The notes under the pieces were generated by a model. That model searched no databases. It had not been told where the DNA came from and was given only the letters and a program-made list of their open reading frames with translations. A stretch of DNA of 64,000 nt from a virus (taxonomy: Duplodnaviria > Caudoviricetes). This document shows positions 49,536 to 59,156 of this stretch, piece by piece (position 1 is the first letter of the stretch; every line of letters begins with the position of its first letter). The stretch spans positions 10,510-74,509 of IMG/VR virus record IMGVR_UViG_3300042890_004365. One strand, written 5' to 3'. The position numbers were made by a program, and so were the translations under genes.

Positions 49536-51713
49536 TTATATACTTTTGAATCTTTCCATTATTGCAGTCATCTCATTATCAGACAATTTGTCTTCTTGGA
49601 TTAAAGCTTCGTGTGCTACTAATTTCTTAGTTGTAGATTCATTTTTTTTGATATTTCTAGTTCCCCAGAAATGCTCAATTTGATTTTCAGTTTTTAATAC
49701 GTCCTCTGGATATAATCTAGCTTGTGACAAGATAGATTTTTTAGCAGATTCGTTTAACTGACCCCAGATTGGCTTAATGTTTTCCGGCATCAATCTGATT
49801 ACTCTTTCTTCAAGAGATTCATTCTTTGTTGATAATGACTCTGCAATCAATGTAAGAACTTCTTTCTGTGTAAAATAACTACTTTCGTTTATATGTAGTT
49901 TAACATTTTCTTGTTCTTCGTCTGATAGTGCATAAAAGCTATCAACTTGTGATTTGTTTAAGAACTTTAAAAAGTTCAAATCACTGCTTTCAGAAACTTT
50001 ACGTTTTTTAGCTTCTTCAATTAATTTATTTATTGATTCAGAAAGTTCTGAGTCTTCTTCACCACTAAATTCTGGTAATTCTTGACCTTCTTCTTCTAAA
50101 CCTTCGTGTTCTTCACCTTCGTGTTCTTCACCTTCGTGTCCAGCAGCAAATTCAGCAGCATCTTCAGCAAATTCTTTAGCCTCTTCAGCAAATTCTTTAG
50201 CTTCTTCCGCGAAATCTTCGTGTCCTTCGTGTCCTGTGAATTCTTCATCTTCTCCAGCAAATTCATCATCATTTTCTTCAAAACCAGCGTCTTGTAATGT
50301 AGGGAATTGAGCTTCATCACCTTCAGCAGATTCATTTAATTTAAAACCACCATTTAATCTTTCAACGATCATTCCTTGATAAGAGATAGATTTATCTAAA
50401 CTTTCTGCAACATATTCTGAGTAAGCGATATTATCATCTAAATGTTCAGCAATGTATTCTGAGTAAGCAATGTTACCTTCAACATGCTCAGCTAAGTATT
50501 CAGAGTAAGCAATTGAGTTATCAACATTCTCAGCAATATATTCTGAGTAAGCGATGTTTTTGTCTAAGTTTTCTGCGATATATTCTGAGTAAGCAATATT
50601 CTTATCTAAGTTTTCAGCCAAGTATTCAGAATATTCAATGTTTTTGTCTAAGTTTTCAGCTAAGTATTCTGAGTAAGAGATATTTTTATCTAAGTTCTCA
50701 GCGATATATTCTGAATAATTAATGTTTTTGTCTAAGTTTTCAGCTAAGTACTCAGAGTATTCAATGTTTTTGTCTAAGTTTTCAGCAACATATTCAGAGT
50801 AAGCAATAGCTTTTTCTAAATTTTCTGCTAAATAATCATTGTGTTTAGCTAATTTATCAGTTGTATCTTTTAATGATTTATTTTCATTAACTACAACTTG
50901 GATTTTGTCCGCCAAATAATCTAAATATTTAGCAACTTGTGAATTAGTATTATTTAATTCTTCATAATACTCTAACAATTGTTCCAATTTCTGTGGGCTC
51001 ATATTACCTTTTGAAATTGCGTTTTTTACTTCACTTTTTGTTGAAGCAATCTCTTTAACCAAATACTGTGAATAGTCACTTAACTGTTTCTTGGTTACAA
51101 ATTCATCTTTGTTCATATTGAATAGTTCATTTATTTTTGACTCGTCAGATAATTCATATATCCTAAAGTTATTTTTTTCGATTTGTCCTTCTGGGCAAAA
51201 ACCTAACGATTCATTTAATACTCTAACACTCATTTTTGCCGATGCAAATCCAGGATCTGCAACAATGTCATAAGTGAAAAGTTTTTTCAATGATACTGAA
51301 CCATCTGATTCTGTTATACCAGCAGCTCTTGATGATACAAAAACTGGACATCCGTCATCAACTAATGATTTAGCTTCTTTACCCCAGTAAGTACTTAGTA
51401 ATTTTATTTCTCCAGCAACAATGTTCTTTTCAGTAACAAATTCTGCTTTTGTAATAATGTGTGATGCTCTTGATAACGAAGTATCAAAAACATCCGGGTG
51501 ATCGAATTCACCATAAACAACACCTAGGCTGCTCATTCTTTCATTCATTTCTTGTAATGCTGGTAAAAATTTCTCAGCTTGATATATCCTCTCATTACGA
51601 TTCTTTATACCAAACTCAGTAAAAGTACCACCCAATACATACTCCTTATTAGTAGAGGCTGACTCTCTAATAAGCGAACTTGTTGAATTTTCTACTATTA
51701 AAACCGGTTTCAT
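49536..51713 (-). CDS. Prohead protease (gp21-like) fused to a scaffold/core domain
   Basis: KNRNERIY, GEFDHP, VSSRAAG, TYDIVADPGF, followed by coiled-coil repeats and an acidic region. Confidence 0.9.
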   Translation of the reverse strand: MKPVLIVENSTSSLIRESASTNKEYVLGGTFTEFGIKNRNERIYQAEKFLPALQEMNERMSSLGVVYGEFDHPDVFDTSLSRASHIITKAEFVTEKNIVAGEIKLLSTYWGKEAKSLVDDGCPVFVSSRAAGITESDGSVSLKKLFTYDIVADPGFASAKMSVRVLNESLGFCPEGQIEKNNFRIYELSDESKINELFNMNKDEFVTKKQLSDYSQYLVKEIASTKSEVKNAISKGNMSPQKLEQLLEYYEELNNTNSQVAKYLDYLADKIQVVVNENKSLKDTTDKLAKHNDYLAENLEKAIAYSEYVAENLDKNIEYSEYLAENLDKNINYSEYIAENLDKNISYSEYLAENLDKNIEYSEYLAENLDKNIAYSEYIAENLDKNIAYSEYIAENVDNSIAYSEYLAEHVEGNIAYSEYIAEHLDDNIAYSEYVAESLDKSISYQGMIVERLNGGFKLNESAEGDEAQFPTLQDAGFEENDDEFAGEDEEFTGHEGHEDFAEEAKEFAEEAKEFAEDAAEFAAGHEGEEHEGEEHEGLEEEGQELPEFSGEEDSELSESINKLIEEAKKRKVSESSDLNFLKFLNKSQVDSFYALSDEEQENVKLHINESSYFTQKEVLTLIAESLSTKNESLEERVIRLMPENIKPIWGQLNESAKKSILSQARLYPEDVLKTENQIEHFWGTRNIKKNESTTKKLVAHEALIQEDKLSDNEMTAIMERFKSI
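50383..50844 (-). repeat. About 11 tandem 42-bp repeats encoding YSEY[LIV]AENLDKNI.
   Basis: Ten YSEY units plus one degenerate leading unit in the translation. Confidence 0.9.
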
Positions 51714-51911
51714 TTAAAATAATTATTTTTTGTAGTTATTACGATGGTATATATTTAACCTGTAAAACAATAAAATTTTAAAGGTGGATTCTTTATGGTA
51801 AAAATCTTTTTTTAATTTTTATTAGGTATATCTACTGGATTTTTTATCTTTGTAAAAGTTTTGGAGGAGAAATGCTAATTTTAATAAATACTTAAAAAAA
51901 TGCGGTTTTTT

Positions 51912-52307
51912 ATGATCCTATCAAGAGAGATAAATGTAAAAATCACTGAGTCAAATTACAACTATTATGATGATTTAGGATATGATGTATATATAAGTGA
52001 AGAAATTGTAATTCCAGTTGAATTACTACCAAAAGGATCACATTACAAAATCAAGTGTAAATGTGACACTTGTGGAATTGAAAAAGAAGTAATCTATAAG
52101 AACTACTTAAAATATGATAATGATTGGGGAGATTATTATTGTAGAAAGTGTTCTGAAGTTAAAAGAAAAGAAACATTAAGAAAAAATTTCGGAGTTGATT
52201 ATCCGATACAGAATAAAAAAGTTTTAGAAAAGATGAAGAAAACATTAGTACAGAAGTATGGAGTAGATAACATTTCTAAAAACAAAAAAAAATTAAATAA
52301 TGAATAA
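51912..52307 (+). CDS. Zinc-finger protein resembling the DNA-binding part of phage homing endonucleases
   Basis: CKCDTCG, YYCRKC, KNFGVDYP / KYGVDN repeats; no nuclease motif; start 51900 or 51912. Confidence 0.55.
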   Translation: MILSREINVKITESNYNYYDDLGYDVYISEEIVIPVELLPKGSHYKIKCKCDTCGIEKEVIYKNYLKYDNDWGDYYCRKCSEVKRKETLRKNFGVDYPIQNKKVLEKMKKTLVQKYGVDNISKNKKKLNNE

Positions 52308-54183
52308 AATTAAAGAAGATAGTGTTTTTGAGGGCACTATCGATTTCGCAAACAGCGGAAATGCCTCAATAAATATAGGAGATAAAAATCTCTTCATATT
52401 TAAGAAAAATACACTTAACTCACTTAATGGTGATAAAGTTAAAGTTAAAGTAATAACTAAGAACAATAAAATTGAAGCTGAAGTTATTGAAGTTCTCGAA
52501 AGATTCAGAACACAATTTGTTGGTAAAGTACAAATAAACAAAGAAAATAAAAGACTTATCTTTGTAGTACCTGACAGTCAGAAAATAGGTGTCGACTTTT
52601 ATATAAAAGGGGAAAACGATGCAGTACATGATCAAAAAGTTCTTGTCGAACTAATCGACTGGGAACCAGGAACAAAATCACCAAAAGCAAAAATAGTAGA
52701 GATACTTGGTAGTTCAGGTGATAATAATACAGAAATGAACTCAATTATGTATGAGTACGGTTTACCTAACAACTTTCCTTTAATGGTAGAAGCCGAAGCG
52801 GAATTGATAGACTTCACAATTCCAGAATCAGAAATCAGTAACAGACGAGATTTAAGAAATATCACAACATTTACAATTGATCCAGTCGACGCCAAAGATT
52901 TTGACGACGCACTTTCGGTTAATATACTCGATGATAATACAGTAGAAGTAGGTATACATATTGCAGATGTTTCACATTATATTAAAGAAGGTGGAATAAT
53001 TGATGAAGAAGCTATTAAAAGAGCAACATCAGTTTACTTAGTTGATAGATGTGTACCAATGCTACCAGAAAGATTAAGTAATGGAGTGTGCTCATTAAGA
53101 CCTAATGAAGATAAACTTTGTTTCTCTGTTATTGTTAAACTAAATAATGACGGACAAATACTTGATAAATGGTTTGGAAAAACTATTATACATTCAGATA
53201 GAAGATACTCTTATGAAGAAGCTCAAGAAATAATTGAAGGTAAAGACGGTGATTTTAAAACTGAAATACTTTTATTAGATTCGATTGCTAAGAAAATGAG
53301 AAAACAAAGAATAAATGACGGTTCTATCGAAATGGGTGGAATTGAAGTAAGATTTCAATTAGATCCAACTACTAAGAAACCAACAGGTGTTTATTTTAAA
53401 ACTCAAAAAGATGCAAATAAACTGATTGAGGAATATATGTTACTTGCAAATAAATTAGTTGCGAAACTTCTTTATGATGCTAAGTATCACAATGTTTATA
53501 GAGTACACAATAGTCCTAACCTTGAAAAGTTAGAAGCACTTTCTCTAATATGTAAAAACTTTGGTTATAGTTTAGACTTAACATCAGATACTACTAATTT
53601 GAAAAAATCTATAAATCAATTAGTTGCTGATATAAAAGATCAACCAGAAGAAAATATGATTGAAACTTTAATCACAAGATGTATGTCTAAGGCTACCTAT
53701 ACAATAGTAAATGCGGGACACTATGGATTAGGGTTTACTCACTATTCTCACTTTACTTCACCAATTAGAAGATATCCGGATTTAATAACTCATAGAGTTT
53801 TAATGGATTTCTTAAATAAGAAATCAAATGGAAGTCCTCAAAAAATTGAAGGTATGGCAAAATGGTGTTCTGAAAGAGAAATCTTAGCAGCAAAAGCACA
53901 AAGAGATTCTATTAAATATAAACAGATTGAATTCTTAGAAGATAAAATCGGACAAGTATTTGATGGAATCATATCAGGAGTAACTGATTGGGGAATGTAT
54001 GTTGAACTTATCGAAAGTAAATGTGAAGGTATGGTTAGATATAATGGTAATCATAAAGTAGATGCAGAAAACTATACAGTGAATTTAAAATCAGGTGGAT
54101 CAGTAAGATTAGGCGACGAAGTAAAAGTAATTGTAAAGGCGGTTGACTTAGACAGAAAACAAATCGATTTTGAATTGTTCTAA
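52300..54183 (+). CDS. rnr: Ribonuclease R
   Basis: Cold-shock-like N-terminus, RNB TIDPVDAKDFDDALS, HFTSPIRRYPD, C-terminal S1 domain. Confidence 0.93.
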   Translation: MNKIKEDSVFEGTIDFANSGNASINIGDKNLFIFKKNTLNSLNGDKVKVKVITKNNKIEAEVIEVLERFRTQFVGKVQINKENKRLIFVVPDSQKIGVDFYIKGENDAVHDQKVLVELIDWEPGTKSPKAKIVEILGSSGDNNTEMNSIMYEYGLPNNFPLMVEAEAELIDFTIPESEISNRRDLRNITTFTIDPVDAKDFDDALSVNILDDNTVEVGIHIADVSHYIKEGGIIDEEAIKRATSVYLVDRCVPMLPERLSNGVCSLRPNEDKLCFSVIVKLNNDGQILDKWFGKTIIHSDRRYSYEEAQEIIEGKDGDFKTEILLLDSIAKKMRKQRINDGSIEMGGIEVRFQLDPTTKKPTGVYFKTQKDANKLIEEYMLLANKLVAKLLYDAKYHNVYRVHNSPNLEKLEALSLICKNFGYSLDLTSDTTNLKKSINQLVADIKDQPEENMIETLITRCMSKATYTIVNAGHYGLGFTHYSHFTSPIRRYPDLITHRVLMDFLNKKSNGSPQKIEGMAKWCSEREILAAKAQRDSIKYKQIEFLEDKIGQVFDGIISGVTDWGMYVELIESKCEGMVRYNGNHKVDAENYTVNLKSGGSVRLGDEVKVIVKAVDLDRKQIDFELF

Positions 54184-54602
54184 TGGACTATTTATTTGAT
54201 GTTATATTAGCAGATGATTTAGAATTTGATGATTATAATTTAGCACTTTCTAGTTATCCAACTTGGAAATCTGTATATCGTGAGATAAAATTAAATTATC
54301 TTTTAGAAGGTAGTAAGAAAATACAATTTGATATTGATGATATTCAGAAATATATTACAATTGATGATCGACATAGTCATCAAGTATCTTTGCAAAAAGT
54401 ATGTTGTTCTATAACCGGAATGACATTTATACTAAATAATAATAGTATTGAAAAACTTACATTGAAATCTAAAATACTTGATACAGAATGTGGTAAAATA
54501 ATTAAATCAATTATTGATACTGGTATAGAAATTAAAGTAAGTCAATTTCTATACGAAAAGACTTTAAACTTTATAATAGAAGCACCAAAAAATGCTGCAT
54601 AA
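54183..54602 (+). CDS. Degenerate prohead-protease paralogue (His lost, C-terminal strand missing)
   Basis: VSLQKVCCSITGMTF and KILDTECGKIIKSIIDTGIEIKVS align without gaps to TSLSRASHIITKAEF and KLLSTYWGKEAKSLVDDGCPVFVS of 49536..51713. Confidence 0.6.
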   Translation: MDYLFDVILADDLEFDDYNLALSSYPTWKSVYREIKLNYLLEGSKKIQFDIDDIQKYITIDDRHSHQVSLQKVCCSITGMTFILNNNSIEKLTLKSKILDTECGKIIKSIIDTGIEIKVSQFLYEKTLNFIIEAPKNAA

Positions 54603-54638
54603 AAAAATCCTTTCAATTGAAAGGATTTTTTATTTATA

Positions 54639-56405
54639 TTAGAATTCAAACTCCCCACCGGATTCAGGAGCAGCAGGTGCTTCAGGTGCGGCCTGAGGAG
54701 CGGCTTGAGCACCACCACCTTCTGGAGCGGCTTGAGCACCACCACCTTCTGGAGCAATTTGACCACCACCTTCTGGAGGTGCACCACCTTCTGCAGGCAT
54801 TCCAGCACCACCACCGCCACCTTCTGATGGCATACCAGGTTCACCAGTCGCACCGGCTGCAGCGTTCATAGCATCTTTATCCCAGTATTTTTGATTTTCT
54901 GCTTTTTCCTCAGGACTAAGTTTAAAGATATTATCCATAATCCACTCAATATGAAAATAAGGTTTTTCACCATTCATTACACCAAGCATTGTACCAACAA
55001 TACCCGCTTTCTTTTCTAAGTTATTTAATTTTTTCCATTCCTCAAATACCTGATTTGAGAAGAAAGTAACATCAACTCCATTAGTAAAGAATTCATCCTC
55101 TATAAACTCAGGGAATTCTATCAACATTTGTAATCTCAATGGTTTAACAATCAATTCTTTGAAGTTTGCTCTTAACCTACTAATAAAGTTATGAAATTTA
55201 ATCTCATCTCTTGTCATCTCAGCAGCATCAGTAACTAAATTACCACCACCATTATCACTTTCAAATCTCGACATTGGAATCTTAGAAGATCTTTTCAATG
55301 CTTTGAAGAACCAATCTAACATTGAATCATCATTTAAGTTATGTCCTTGTGGAGAAACTAATTCCATATTTGGTGTACCACCATCTCCATCAGGAAACCA
55401 AACTTGTTTGTTATAAGGTAAATGTTTAGAACCATTTATGGTCATCGTACCCAATGACTCATCCCATTCTACTTCTTCAGAATAATCATGTATCAATTGT
55501 CCTATTTGTTCTTCCGCTCTTTGTCTTGACATACCTTTAATCGGAATAGTAAACTTTTGATAAACAGTAGCATTGATAATGTTAAACATTATTCTCGTTT
55601 GTTGTAAAATCTTTAATTGATTATAAGGTTTGATTAAACCCTCTATATATGATGTTTCAGAAAATTCATTTTGAGTTGAATATGAAATATAAACTAGTTG
55701 TGAATCTAAAAATATTCTTCTTAATTGTGGATCTTCAGGAAACTGAATCCATAAGTGACCTATACTTGGCTCATATGCAGGAACTACTGTCTCTGGTCTA
55801 ATTCTATTAAATCCAATAATATTCTTCTTTTTATCATCGTAAATAATCTCAAGTGCCAAGTAACCATCAATCAAGAAATCCTTCATCATGTTCCAAGCAG
55901 TGATATTATCTGCGAATCCAAACTTATTATAAATTCTTTCAAAATACTCCTGGTATTTATCTTGTACTTCTTGTGAATAAGACGTTGGGAGTGCCGTAAT
56001 AGAACAGAAATCTTTCTCATCATTATATACTATACATTCGTCTGCAATAGTGCTTATAAAGTCTCTAATTTCGTCTTTGACTGAATACTCTCTTAAAATT
56101 CTTCTCTTATCTGCATAAGCTTTATCTAAATAGGGAATGGATTTTCTATTTAATACTGATGCAACGGCTCGTTGGCTAAAGAAGTCGTACATCGAATTTC
56201 CTTTAGCAGCATACGGATCTTCATTGATACCAATACCTACTTGATTCCTCACAATCATGTCATCGAAGTTCATTCCGTATGATGATAAGTTTCTTAAAAT
56301 CCTACTAAACAAACCTTTATTCTCAACTCCAGATGAATTTACCATCGCAAAGTTTGATCCAACGTTATTTTGATTTTCTTGACTGAAGTTATTATATGAC
56401 GCCAT
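54639..56405 (-). CDS. Portal protein (gp20-like) with Gly/Pro/Ala-rich tail
   Basis: IADECIV, FLIDG, KPYNQLKIL, SKIPMSRF, EMTRDEIKFHNFISRLR. Confidence 0.92.
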   Translation of the reverse strand: MASYNNFSQENQNNVGSNFAMVNSSGVENKGLFSRILRNLSSYGMNFDDMIVRNQVGIGINEDPYAAKGNSMYDFFSQRAVASVLNRKSIPYLDKAYADKRRILREYSVKDEIRDFISTIADECIVYNDEKDFCSITALPTSYSQEVQDKYQEYFERIYNKFGFADNITAWNMMKDFLIDGYLALEIIYDDKKKNIIGFNRIRPETVVPAYEPSIGHLWIQFPEDPQLRRIFLDSQLVYISYSTQNEFSETSYIEGLIKPYNQLKILQQTRIMFNIINATVYQKFTIPIKGMSRQRAEEQIGQLIHDYSEEVEWDESLGTMTINGSKHLPYNKQVWFPDGDGGTPNMELVSPQGHNLNDDSMLDWFFKALKRSSKIPMSRFESDNGGGNLVTDAAEMTRDEIKFHNFISRLRANFKELIVKPLRLQMLIEFPEFIEDEFFTNGVDVTFFSNQVFEEWKKLNNLEKKAGIVGTMLGVMNGEKPYFHIEWIMDNIFKLSPEEKAENQKYWDKDAMNAAAGATGEPGMPSEGGGGGAGMPAEGGAPPEGGGQIAPEGGGAQAAPEGGGAQAAPQAAPEAPAAPESGGEFEF

Positions 56406-57069
56406 ATTCTAAATTATCTTTCTTTATATCTCTGTTTATTTTACTACAGAGTGGTTGCAAATTAGTATAATGATTTAATTTTATTATTTCATCTTCTTTA
56501 TTTACACTTGATAATGGTATAACATGATCTATATCCCAACCATAGTTAAATTCACCACTATACAATCCTCTATTATCCCAGTTCATCCAAGGTTCAAACT
56601 TAGATTCTAAATACTCTTTTAATTCTTCAAAAGAACATCCTAATAGTTCTTCGGTCTTTGAATTTTTTGAATAACCATTATAATAGAATGAATTATATAT
56701 TAAATTTCTAACATTTGTTATTAGCCTAAATAAAGGATCATTCTGTCTTCTTTCACTTAGATAAGTATTTCTCTTATCTTTATTTTTTCTTTGATACTCT
56801 TTTTGATACTCTAATTTAGATTCCTTATTATTTTCATATGTACTTTTTCTTTGTAAAAGAATAGATTCTTTATTTTCTAAATAATAGTTTCTCTTTGAAA
56901 TTGGATTATATACTCTATTTTTTGAATATTCTCTTTGTTTATCTTTATTAGCTTCTTTATATTCATTTTCACATGAAATACATTGTGATCGATATCCACT
57001 TTTATTTCTAGAACATTTATAGAATAAAGTCAATTCTTTATCTAACTTACATTTACTACAACTCTTCAT
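56392..57069 (-). CDS. Free-standing HNH endonuclease overlapping the portal start
   Basis: CSKC..CISC; WDIDHVIP..NHYTNLQPLCSKIN; start ATG 57069 preferred. Confidence 0.82.
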   Translation of the reverse strand: MKSCSKCKLDKELTLFYKCSRNKSGYRSQCISCENEYKEANKDKQREYSKNRVYNPISKRNYYLENKESILLQRKSTYENNKESKLEYQKEYQRKNKDKRNTYLSERRQNDPLFRLITNVRNLIYNSFYYNGYSKNSKTEELLGCSFEELKEYLESKFEPWMNWDNRGLYSGEFNYGWDIDHVIPLSSVNKEDEIIKLNHYTNLQPLCSKINRDIKKDNLEYGVI

Positions 57070-57205
57070 TAGACTTTTTATTTTTTTCAATATAAATATA
57101 TCTACCTGTTGGAGTAAGTTCTATTTCGATTACACCTTTTTTAACCCAGTTACTTAGTGTTCTTCGGGTTATATTATATTTTTCCATTACATCTTTTGCT
57201 TTCAT
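57056..57205 (-). CDS. Small MerR/IS607-type HTH protein (49 aa, not in the ORF track)
   Basis: MKAKDVMEKYNITRRTLSNWVKKGVIEIELTPTGRYIY...; late box at 57210-57219. Confidence 0.7.
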   Translation of the reverse strand: MKAKDVMEKYNITRRTLSNWVKKGVIEIELTPTGRYIYIEKNKKSNEEL

Positions 57206-57264
57206 ATAGTATATATTAAAAATATGTTTCCTCTTTTTCTATATTATACACATTTTTCTATATT

Positions 57265-57966
57265 TTACCTCTTCCCATACTTATTAAGACTGGTCTGCAG
57301 ACGTTTTATATGATCTCTCATAACATTATATTTATCCGATATTTCGTTATTTACGTCATAGAAGTCACTTAAAATAGATGAGATTACTTCTTTATGTCTT
57401 TCGTTTCTAGTAGAAAGTTTAGCTTGCCAAATTTGTACTAGTTTTATTGGATCATATTTATTGATAGGGTGTTGTGAATAAAGGAATCTAGGTAGTAGTT
57501 CTAAATGTATTCTATGAACCAAAACTAATTGTATTGCATTAAATTCCATCAAAGCATATTCAAATCCAGAATTTAACAATTCTTTATACATTCCTTCATA
57601 ATTTACTTTTAAGAAAGTATTATTTTCAAAGTCAGTTGGTTGTATATACTTATCAAATATCTGAGCTCTTATCTCCATCGGAATAAAATTAAAGTTTACT
57701 GCAAATAAAATTACTTTATCTTCAAATTTTTTAAAATCGACAACAAATACTGGAGAATATTTCATCCAGTTAGAATCGTCTTTATAATGAAAAAAGTAAA
57801 ACCCACCAGGATAAATATCTTTAATATTTATTGATTTAACATCTTTACTAGATTTACTATATTTATCATAAAAAAATAAAGAATTATTTTTAAAATTCTC
57901 AACTATTCCATTTCCATTATAAAGTAAAGCTAGTTTAACACGTTCTAATAAAGAATCAACAATCAT
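57265..57966 (-). CDS. DNA end-protector protein (gp2-like)
   Basis: PGGFYFFHY, YSPVFVV, AVNFNFIP; divergent from the gp4-like gene. Confidence 0.6.
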   Translation of the reverse strand: MIVDSLLERVKLALLYNGNGIVENFKNNSLFFYDKYSKSSKDVKSINIKDIYPGGFYFFHYKDDSNWMKYSPVFVVDFKKFEDKVILFAVNFNFIPMEIRAQIFDKYIQPTDFENNTFLKVNYEGMYKELLNSGFEYALMEFNAIQLVLVHRIHLELLPRFLYSQHPINKYDPIKLVQIWQAKLSTRNERHKEVISSILSDFYDVNNEISDKYNVMRDHIKRLQTSLNKYGKR

Positions 57967-57980
57967 AAGAGAATTATTTT

Positions 57981-57998
57981 TATTTTATATATAAAATA
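57981..57998. promoter_or_regulatory. Palindromic bidirectional late-type promoter
   Basis: tattttatatataaaata reads TTTATATATA on both strands between divergent genes. Confidence 0.55.
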
Positions 57999-58525
57999 TG
58001 ATAAATTCAAAACCAAATAATAAGAACTATAATCAGGGAAATTTTATCCCTACAAATAAGGATAAAGTAATGAAACTAAATACTAACGGTGGAGTTTACT
58101 TTAGAAGCTCTTGGGAAAAAAGAATAATGACTTGGTTAGATAATAACTCAAGTATTTTAATGTGGGGAGCGGAGTGTCTTAAAATACCTTATCAAATGAC
58201 ACATTTTGACAATGGTGATATGAGAGTTAAAGAACATTGTTACTATCCAGATTTCTATTATGAAATGCAACTTGCGGACGGAAGTAGAAAAAGAGTAGTA
58301 GTTGAGGTAAAGCCAATGAAAGAATACCAAATGGTAATTGATTTAAAAGAAGGTAAAATGAATGTTCCTACAAATGGATTAAAGAAGTTAAAAAACTTCG
58401 AGTATGACCTTAAAATGGCTTATAAGAATAAGAATAAATGGGAGACTATGATTTCTTGGTGTGATAAGAAGGGTTATGACTTTATTATAATAACAGAACT
58501 ACACTTAAAAAAGTTTGGAATATAG
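57998..58525 (+). CDS. Head completion nuclease (gp4-like, TnsA-N fold)
   Basis: FRSSWE, WGAE..IPY, HCYYPDF, VEVKP, NKNKWE, IITE. Confidence 0.88.
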   Translation: MINSKPNNKNYNQGNFIPTNKDKVMKLNTNGGVYFRSSWEKRIMTWLDNNSSILMWGAECLKIPYQMTHFDNGDMRVKEHCYYPDFYYEMQLADGSRKRVVVEVKPMKEYQMVIDLKEGKMNVPTNGLKKLKNFEYDLKMAYKNKNKWETMISWCDKKGYDFIIITELHLKKFGI

Positions 58526-58840
58526 TAGATATAATAAAAATACTATACTTATATAAGGATACAAATAAGAGTAAATTCTATAAAATCTTTTATTTATATG
58601 ATAAATTGGAAATTTAATAAAATAAGCTAAAAGTAATAACCAATAAGTATTATCTATTAGTAATCCAAAAAGTATAAAGAAATAATAAATTAGGTTTACA
58701 TAATAATATACCAACTCACTAACTCTAATCTTCAAAGAATCTTTTTCGGAATAACTTTTTTGTAGATAATCTCTATTTTTGATAAAATAAATAATATTTA
58801 AAATAAATAGAATTGGTAGTAAGTTGTAAATTGTAATCAT
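58505..58840 (-). CDS. Small multi-TM membrane protein
   Basis: Three to four hydrophobic segments. Confidence 0.6.
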   Translation of the reverse strand: MITIYNLLPILFILNIIYFIKNRDYLQKSYSEKDSLKIRVSELVYYYVNLIYYFFILFGLLIDNTYWLLLLAYFIKFPIYHINKRFYRIYSYLYPYISIVFLLYLLYSKLF

Positions 58841-59130
58841 TCCACTAATATATCTTTTAATTGTATTAGATTATTAAATTCATTTTGTAATAATCTAATT
58901 GTTTTTTCAATTTTAATCAATTCAAATACATTATCATTAACTAAAACTTGAATTGGTTCTCCAACTGCAGAGTCATATTCGTTTGGTATTTTCAAATTTT
59001 CTCTAAATTCATAGATTGATTTTAAATATTTTTGATTTGATTCTAGGTCTATATGTAGTGAACACCCATCAGGTCTTGTTCCTTCATTACTAATTGACTC
59101 TTCCCAGATTTGAAGATAAACTTTATTCAT
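58837..59130 (-). CDS. Hypothetical protein
   Basis: QIWEES..GTRPDGCSLH; AAAC-N17-TAGAAT upstream. Confidence 0.7.
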   Translation of the reverse strand: MNKVYLQIWEESISNEGTRPDGCSLHIDLESNQKYLKSIYEFRENLKIPNEYDSAVGEPIQVLVNDNVFELIKIEKTIRLLQNEFNNLIQLKDILVE

Positions 59131-59156
59131 AAAAATTGTTTTAAAAGTATTCTATA

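Noticed and set aside
50383-50844. 42-bp tandem repeats as a CRISPR array
   Set aside because: In-frame coding repeats with synonymous variation, no unique spacers, no cas genes
54542-54871. ORFs 54542- and 54617+, and the local GC rise as foreign DNA
   Set aside because: Explained by the Gly/Pro/Ala-rich portal tail
57056-57205. IS607 transposon
   Set aside because: Only the HTH is present; no serine recombinase domain or TnpB
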